From Pseudomonadota bacterium (GTDB lineage: Bacteria > Pseudomonadota > Alphaproteobacteria > UBA11222), in NCBI GenBank assembly GCA_049323435.1, contig JBMOMX010000035.1, positions 10,357 through 74,356 on the forward strand: 64,000 nt of DNA, written 5' to 3'. Positions within the stretch are counted from its first letter, which is position 1. Each line of letters opens with the position of its first letter. Positions 59,998-64,000 of the stretch are shown here, piece by piece. Position numbers and translations under genes: made by a program. The notes beneath the pieces were generated by a model. It was not told the origin of the DNA. It saw only the letters and a program-made list of their open reading frames with translations, and did no database searches.

Positions 59998-60149
59998 ACC
60001 TTTCTCCCGTTGATCGCATCAGTACTTGTGGCGATAAAACGAAATCGAGGGAATTAAAAGACTTTACCCTTTAACTCCCTCCAATGAGCGTGCCCGGACG
60101 CGCAGCCTTACCCCAGCGATGTGTAGATCACCCGCAGCAAGGATCGCGC

Positions 60150-60266
60150 GGTCATCGCCGACAGCACCTTCGCCCATGCGGTTCATGACATGGGAAAGGG
60201 TGAGCGCGGTGTCAGCCAGCCTGTCTCGGTTGATCTCGAACGCGCCGGGAAATGCCGTACCGTGAG
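60150..60266 (+). pseudogene. Degenerate duplicate of the smc 3' terminus at the far end of the low-GC insert
   Basis: 60201-60246 matches smc 58036-58081 at 41 of 46 positions. Translated, it gives ...GERGVSQPVSVDLERAGK... against SMC ...AERGVSQLVSVDLERAEK... Confidence 0.6.
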
Positions 60267-60290
60267 ATAAAGCGCGGCATGTATCCGGAT

Positions 60291-60569
60291 TTACAGCGGG
60301 GGGCCTTCAATGCCGGGCGGGGCGGATGGCGGCAGAATGGTTTGGGCGCGCGATTTGCGCTGGCCATTCCAGACGGTAAAACCGCCCAATAATATGCCTG
60401 CAAACATCGCCGCGAAAATCACACCGTAAAGCGGCATGTTGACGCTCAGCCCTTCTGCGGCAGGTGCAATGGGATCAATGCTGAAAACCACCATGCTACG
60501 GTTAGCCACCGCCACCAGACTTGCCAGCAGCAGACAAAAACCAAGCCCGATCATGCGCAGCTGCTTCAT
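60291..60569 (-). CDS. Small two-TM inner-membrane protein, LapA-like (DUF1049)
   Basis: 92 aa with two transmembrane helices. It lies next to ihfB, as in many alphaproteobacteria. Confidence 0.5.
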   Translation of the reverse strand: MKQLRMIGLGFCLLLASLVAVANRSMVVFSIDPIAPAAEGLSVNMPLYGVIFAAMFAGILLGGFTVWNGQRKSRAQTILPPSAPPGIEGPPL

Positions 60570-60728
60570 TATTGGAGCAATTCCCGTTCAGATGCCATCA
60601 TATCCGGTCCGCGCAGTGTCATCACCCGGTTTGTCACTGCCCGCTCTGTCAGGGCAGTCCGGAACCCCGCACACAGCGCGCTGCGCAGGCAGGGATTAAC
60701 CGGACAGACACGAAGGCCGGCACACGGG

Positions 60729-61022
60729 TCAGCTGCCGCTGGCGCCGCCATTAAGCCGCTCGCGCATTTCCTTGCCGGTTTTGAAAAACGGCACGCGCTT
60801 TTCCGCAACCTCGACAGCGCCGCCGGTGCGGGGGTTGCGCCCGGTGCGGGCCGAACGCTGCTTGACCGAAAAAGCGCCAAAGCCGCGCAGCTCCACCCGG
60901 TCACCCCGCGCCAGCGCGCCTGAAATTTCGTCAAAAATCGTATTGACGATGCGCTCGATGTCACGCTGAAACAGATGCGGATTGGCAAGCGACAGTTTCG
61001 CGATCAGTTCGGATTTGATCAT
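60729..61022 (-). CDS. ihfB: Integration host factor subunit beta
   Basis: [11 protein letters not shown]...[12 protein letters not shown]...RTGRNPRTG. The ORF extends to 61070. Confidence 0.9.
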   Translation of the reverse strand: MIKSELIAKLSLANPHLFQRDIERIVNTIFDEISGALARGDRVELRGFGAFSVKQRSARTGRNPRTGGAVEVAEKRVPFFKTGKEMRERLNGGASGS

Positions 61023-61129
61023 GCTGGAGCACCTGTTTTTAGACCATGCATCTTCATGCCTCTCAATCATCCTGACCCGGCGCGCTATCTGACCCGGCGC
61101 GCGACAGCGCGGCTAAAATCCGGCAGGTC

Positions 61130-62047
61130 TCAAGGTTGCCAGAGCGACACCAGCCCGTCAAGGGTAAGTCTTTTCATATCAAGGCTTTTTTCAGTCAATC
61201 CAAAAATCAGACTTTGGACCAGGCGGCCGGCCAGACCTTCCTCCTCGCCATATTCGACGGTTTGCAGCGGCAAGTCCCGGGAAATCCCTTTTTCCTTGTC
61301 CAGCCAGGCCCGCGCCTCCGGCAGGGCGCCGATCTGATCAATCAGTTGCGCTTCCAGCGCCTGACGCCCGCTGAAAACCCGGCCATCGGCCAGTTCACGC
61401 GCCCGCTCAGGCGTCAGCTTGCGCCGTTCCGCCACCAGACCGACAAACCATTGATAGGAATCATCTATGAGTGTTTTGATCGCCGCGCGGCCCTGCGCAT
61501 CCATCGGCTCGAAAGGCGAGGGTTTGCCTTTCAGCGGCCCGCTGGTGATCATTTCAACGCCAACCCCGATCTTGTCCAGCAGCCTGCTGACCTCGGTGGC
61601 CTGCATCAGCACGCCAATGGACCCGGTAATGCTATTGCCGCGGGCAAAAATATGATCGGCCCCAATGGCGGTGATATAGCCGCCGGACGCGGCCACCGTT
61701 CCCATGACGGCGACCACGGGTTTTTTTCTGGCGACTTCGCGCAGCGCCAGATAAAGCCCTTCCGAACCTGATGTGGTGCCCCCCGGACTGTCAATACTGA
61801 CAATCAGCGCCTTGGCGCGGCTGTCTGTGGCCAGTTCCAGCAAGGCCTGATCGCGTTCATTGTCATCGGTGATGACGCCGAATATTTCAAGCTGGGCGAC
61901 ATGATCGCGGCCCGGCGACCAGCCTGTAACCGCCAGCACAAACAGGATCAGCGCACCTGTAATCCCGGTAATGGCGGCAATACGCCACAGGGAAAGATTG
62001 CGCCGCAGGCGGCGCTTTTCAATAATGGCGTCCAGCTCAAATGACAT
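61130..62047 (-). CDS. sppA: Signal peptide peptidase SppA (S49 family, 36K type)
   Basis: An N-terminal TM segment, then the S49 core ...AASGGYITAIGADHIFARGNSITGSIGV. Confidence 0.85.
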   Translation of the reverse strand: MSFELDAIIEKRRLRRNLSLWRIAAITGITGALILFVLAVTGWSPGRDHVAQLEIFGVITDDNERDQALLELATDSRAKALIVSIDSPGGTTSGSEGLYLALREVARKKPVVAVMGTVAASGGYITAIGADHIFARGNSITGSIGVLMQATEVSRLLDKIGVGVEMITSGPLKGKPSPFEPMDAQGRAAIKTLIDDSYQWFVGLVAERRKLTPERARELADGRVFSGRQALEAQLIDQIGALPEARAWLDKEKGISRDLPLQTVEYGEEEGLAGRLVQSLIFGLTEKSLDMKRLTLDGLVSLWQP

Positions 62048-62126
62048 CGTGATGGCGCGGCATTATGATGGGGCCTCATTTCCAGGCCGCCCCGAAAGGG
62101 GCAGCCTGCTGATTAGCGTAAAATGT

Positions 62127-63854
62127 TCAGGACGATTCCTTGTCCTTTGCGCGCAATGCCGCGCCAAGAATGTCGCCCAGCGAAGCGCCGCTATCGGAAG
62201 AACCATATTGCGCGACGGCTTCTTTTTCCTCGTCAATTTCCCGCGCCTTGATCGACAGGCCGATCTTGCGGGTGTTTTTGTCAAGCGTGGTGATTTTGGC
62301 GTCAACCTTGTCGCCCACCGAGAAGCGTTCGGGGCGTTGCTCGGAACGGTCACGGCTCAGATCCGCGCGCCGGATAAAGGCCCGCATCCCGGTATCGGCG
62401 ACCGAAACTTCAATGCCCTGATCCTGAATTTCCTCGACGCGCACCGTCACCACCTGGCCCTTGCGCAGCGGCCCTTCAGCCGAGGCCGAGGCCTTCATGG
62501 GATCGGGGCCCAATTGCTTGATGCCGAGGCTGATACGCTCTTTTTCCATATCGACATCCAGCACCCGGGCCTTGACAATGTCACCCTTGTGAAAATCGGC
62601 AAGCGCGGTTTCGGGCGCACGGTCCCATGACAGGTCGCTCATATGCACCATGCCGTCAATGCCTTCTTCAAGACCAATGAACAGCCCGAACTCGGTGATG
62701 TTCTTGATCTCGCCTTCGACTTCCGAGCCGACGGGGTAGCGCTTGGCAAAGCCTTCCCAGGGATTGTCCATGCATTGTTTGAGGCCAAGCGAAATACGGC
62801 GGCGCTTGGAGTCAACATCCAGCACCATGACCTCGACTTCCTGCGAGGTCGAAACGATCTTGCCGGGATGCACGTTTTTCTTGGTCCAGCTCATTTCCGA
62901 CACATGCACCAGCCCCTCGACGCCCGGCTGCAATTCTACAAAGGCGCCGTAATCGGTGATATTGGTGACACGGCCCCGGAAGCGGCCATGCAGCGGATAT
63001 TTGACGTCGATGCTGTCCCAGGGGTCGGTCTGCAACTGCTTCATGCCGAGGCTGATGCGCTGCGTATCGGGATTGACTTTGACCACCTGCACTTTGATGG
63101 TTTCGCCAATGGTCAGCGCTTCGCTCGGATGATTGATGCGCTGCCAGGCAATGTCCGTGACATGCAGCAATCCGTCCACACCGCCAAGATCAACAAAGGC
63201 GCCGTAATCGGTGATGTTCTTGACCACGCCATCGAGGATCTGGCCTTCCTTGAGATTGACCAGCAATTCGGAGCGCTGTTCGGCGCGGGCTTCTTCCAGT
63301 ACGGCGCGGCGCGACACCACGATATTGCCGCGGCGTTTGTCCATTTTCAAAATCTGGAAAGGCTGTGACTGGCCGAATAGCGGCGTCACATCCCGCACCG
63401 GGCGGATATCCACCTGACTGCCGGGCAGGAACGCCACGGCGCCGTTCAGATCAACCGTAAAGCCGCCCTTGACGCGGCCGAATATGACACCATCAACACG
63501 TTTGGCTTCGGTAAAGCTGCGCTCCAGATCCGTCCAGGCTTCTTCGCGGCGGGCCTTTTCGCGGCTGAGCACCGCTTCGCCCATGGAGTTTTCGATGCGT
63601 TCGAGAAACACTTCAACCGTGTCGCCGACCTTGATCGCGGGGGCCTGTCCGGGCGCCGCAAATTCCTTCAGCGGAATGCGGCCTTCGGTTTTCAGGCCGA
63701 CATCGATCATTGCGAAATCATTTTCGATCGCAATAATCCGGCCAATGATGACGGAACCTTCTACGCTGCGCTGCTCCGAGAAACTCTCGTCGAGCATTGC
63801 GGCAAAATCTTCTTTCAGGGGCATCGCACGCGATGCCAGGTTTGCAGTAGCCAA
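62127..63854 (-). CDS. rpsA: 30S ribosomal protein S1
   Basis: 575 aa with six S1 repeats. Confidence 0.93.
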   Translation of the reverse strand: MATANLASRAMPLKEDFAAMLDESFSEQRSVEGSVIIGRIIAIENDFAMIDVGLKTEGRIPLKEFAAPGQAPAIKVGDTVEVFLERIENSMGEAVLSREKARREEAWTDLERSFTEAKRVDGVIFGRVKGGFTVDLNGAVAFLPGSQVDIRPVRDVTPLFGQSQPFQILKMDKRRGNIVVSRRAVLEEARAEQRSELLVNLKEGQILDGVVKNITDYGAFVDLGGVDGLLHVTDIAWQRINHPSEALTIGETIKVQVVKVNPDTQRISLGMKQLQTDPWDSIDVKYPLHGRFRGRVTNITDYGAFVELQPGVEGLVHVSEMSWTKKNVHPGKIVSTSQEVEVMVLDVDSKRRRISLGLKQCMDNPWEGFAKRYPVGSEVEGEIKNITEFGLFIGLEEGIDGMVHMSDLSWDRAPETALADFHKGDIVKARVLDVDMEKERISLGIKQLGPDPMKASASAEGPLRKGQVVTVRVEEIQDQGIEVSVADTGMRAFIRRADLSRDRSEQRPERFSVGDKVDAKITTLDKNTRKIGLSIKAREIDEEKEAVAQYGSSDSGASLGDILGAALRAKDKESS

Positions 63855-64000
63855 GTCATTCTCCTAAAACGGTAATTTTTCCGGCCTGCCGGTTGGTTCC
63901 GGCGGTCTTGGGGATTCACATCATATTCGGGCGGCGCCAGCCAAGGCCGTTCACCGGGAAAAGTCAGCCGTGAGGGGCAATTTTGCCGGAAACAGCCGCA

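Noticed and set aside
58105-60130. Integrase or recombinase for the low-GC insert
   Set aside because: No ORF in or next to the insert has tyrosine- or serine-recombinase motifs. The insert is therefore described as a minimal or decayed island rather than an intact integrative element.

Overview
This is a 64-kb stretch of a high-GC (about 62%) alphaproteobacterial chromosome, almost entirely coding.

The window opens with carbon-storage genes: a partial NDP-forming acyl-CoA synthetase, the PHA synthase phaC, and a phasin.

Next comes a divalent-cation transport neighbourhood. An MgtE-like gene and a CorC/CNNM-like gene flank an unusual six-gene minus-strand operon (5689-12148). That operon holds a Ca-type P2 ATPase with an extra N-terminal domain, a translationally coupled divergent S-adenosylmethionine synthetase, two stand-alone paralogues of the ATPase N-domain (an HMA-like fold without CxxC), and two repeat/low-complexity helical proteins. 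This operon is my first candidate for the undescribed system.

The middle of the window is housekeeping and catabolism:
- two acyl-CoA dehydrogenases, tRNA-Ala(CGC), yggT, folD, a TPR lipoprotein, tRNA-His(GTG), coaBC, dut, an Rrf2 regulator and an MFS transporter;
- divergent NAD-dependent (1611 aa) and NADP-dependent glutamate dehydrogenases, dusA and a TauE/SafE exporter;
- a catabolic patch with three paralogous PF04909 amidohydrolases that share an upstream TGATCAcAGATTg box, and two paralogous cytochrome P450s;
- a PEP-CTERM protein, BI-1, a Phd/VapC toxin-antitoxin pair, the ybbAP ABC transporter with tesA, thpR and a pterin dehydratase.

The end of the window is a conserved replication and cell-cycle block: rnhB-ccrM (with a GANTC cluster upstream of ccrM), a DUF218 protein, mutY, an FkbM methyltransferase, dciA (DUF721), dsbA and smc. 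Then lapA-like, ihfB, sppA and rpsA follow.

Immediately after smc there is a 2.1-kb low-GC insert (58105-60266), my second candidate. It carries a SAMHD1-like HD phosphohydrolase and a small Panacea-like protein. It is bounded by a degenerate duplicate of the smc 3' end, so it looks like a horizontally acquired two-gene toxin-antitoxin or defence module.

Other features are two copies of a compound GC-rich palindromic element, a perfect 31-bp-arm palindrome next to tRNA-Ala, and an (ATC)n poly-Asp microsatellite inside the phasin gene. I found no rRNA, CRISPR array, transposase or integrase.
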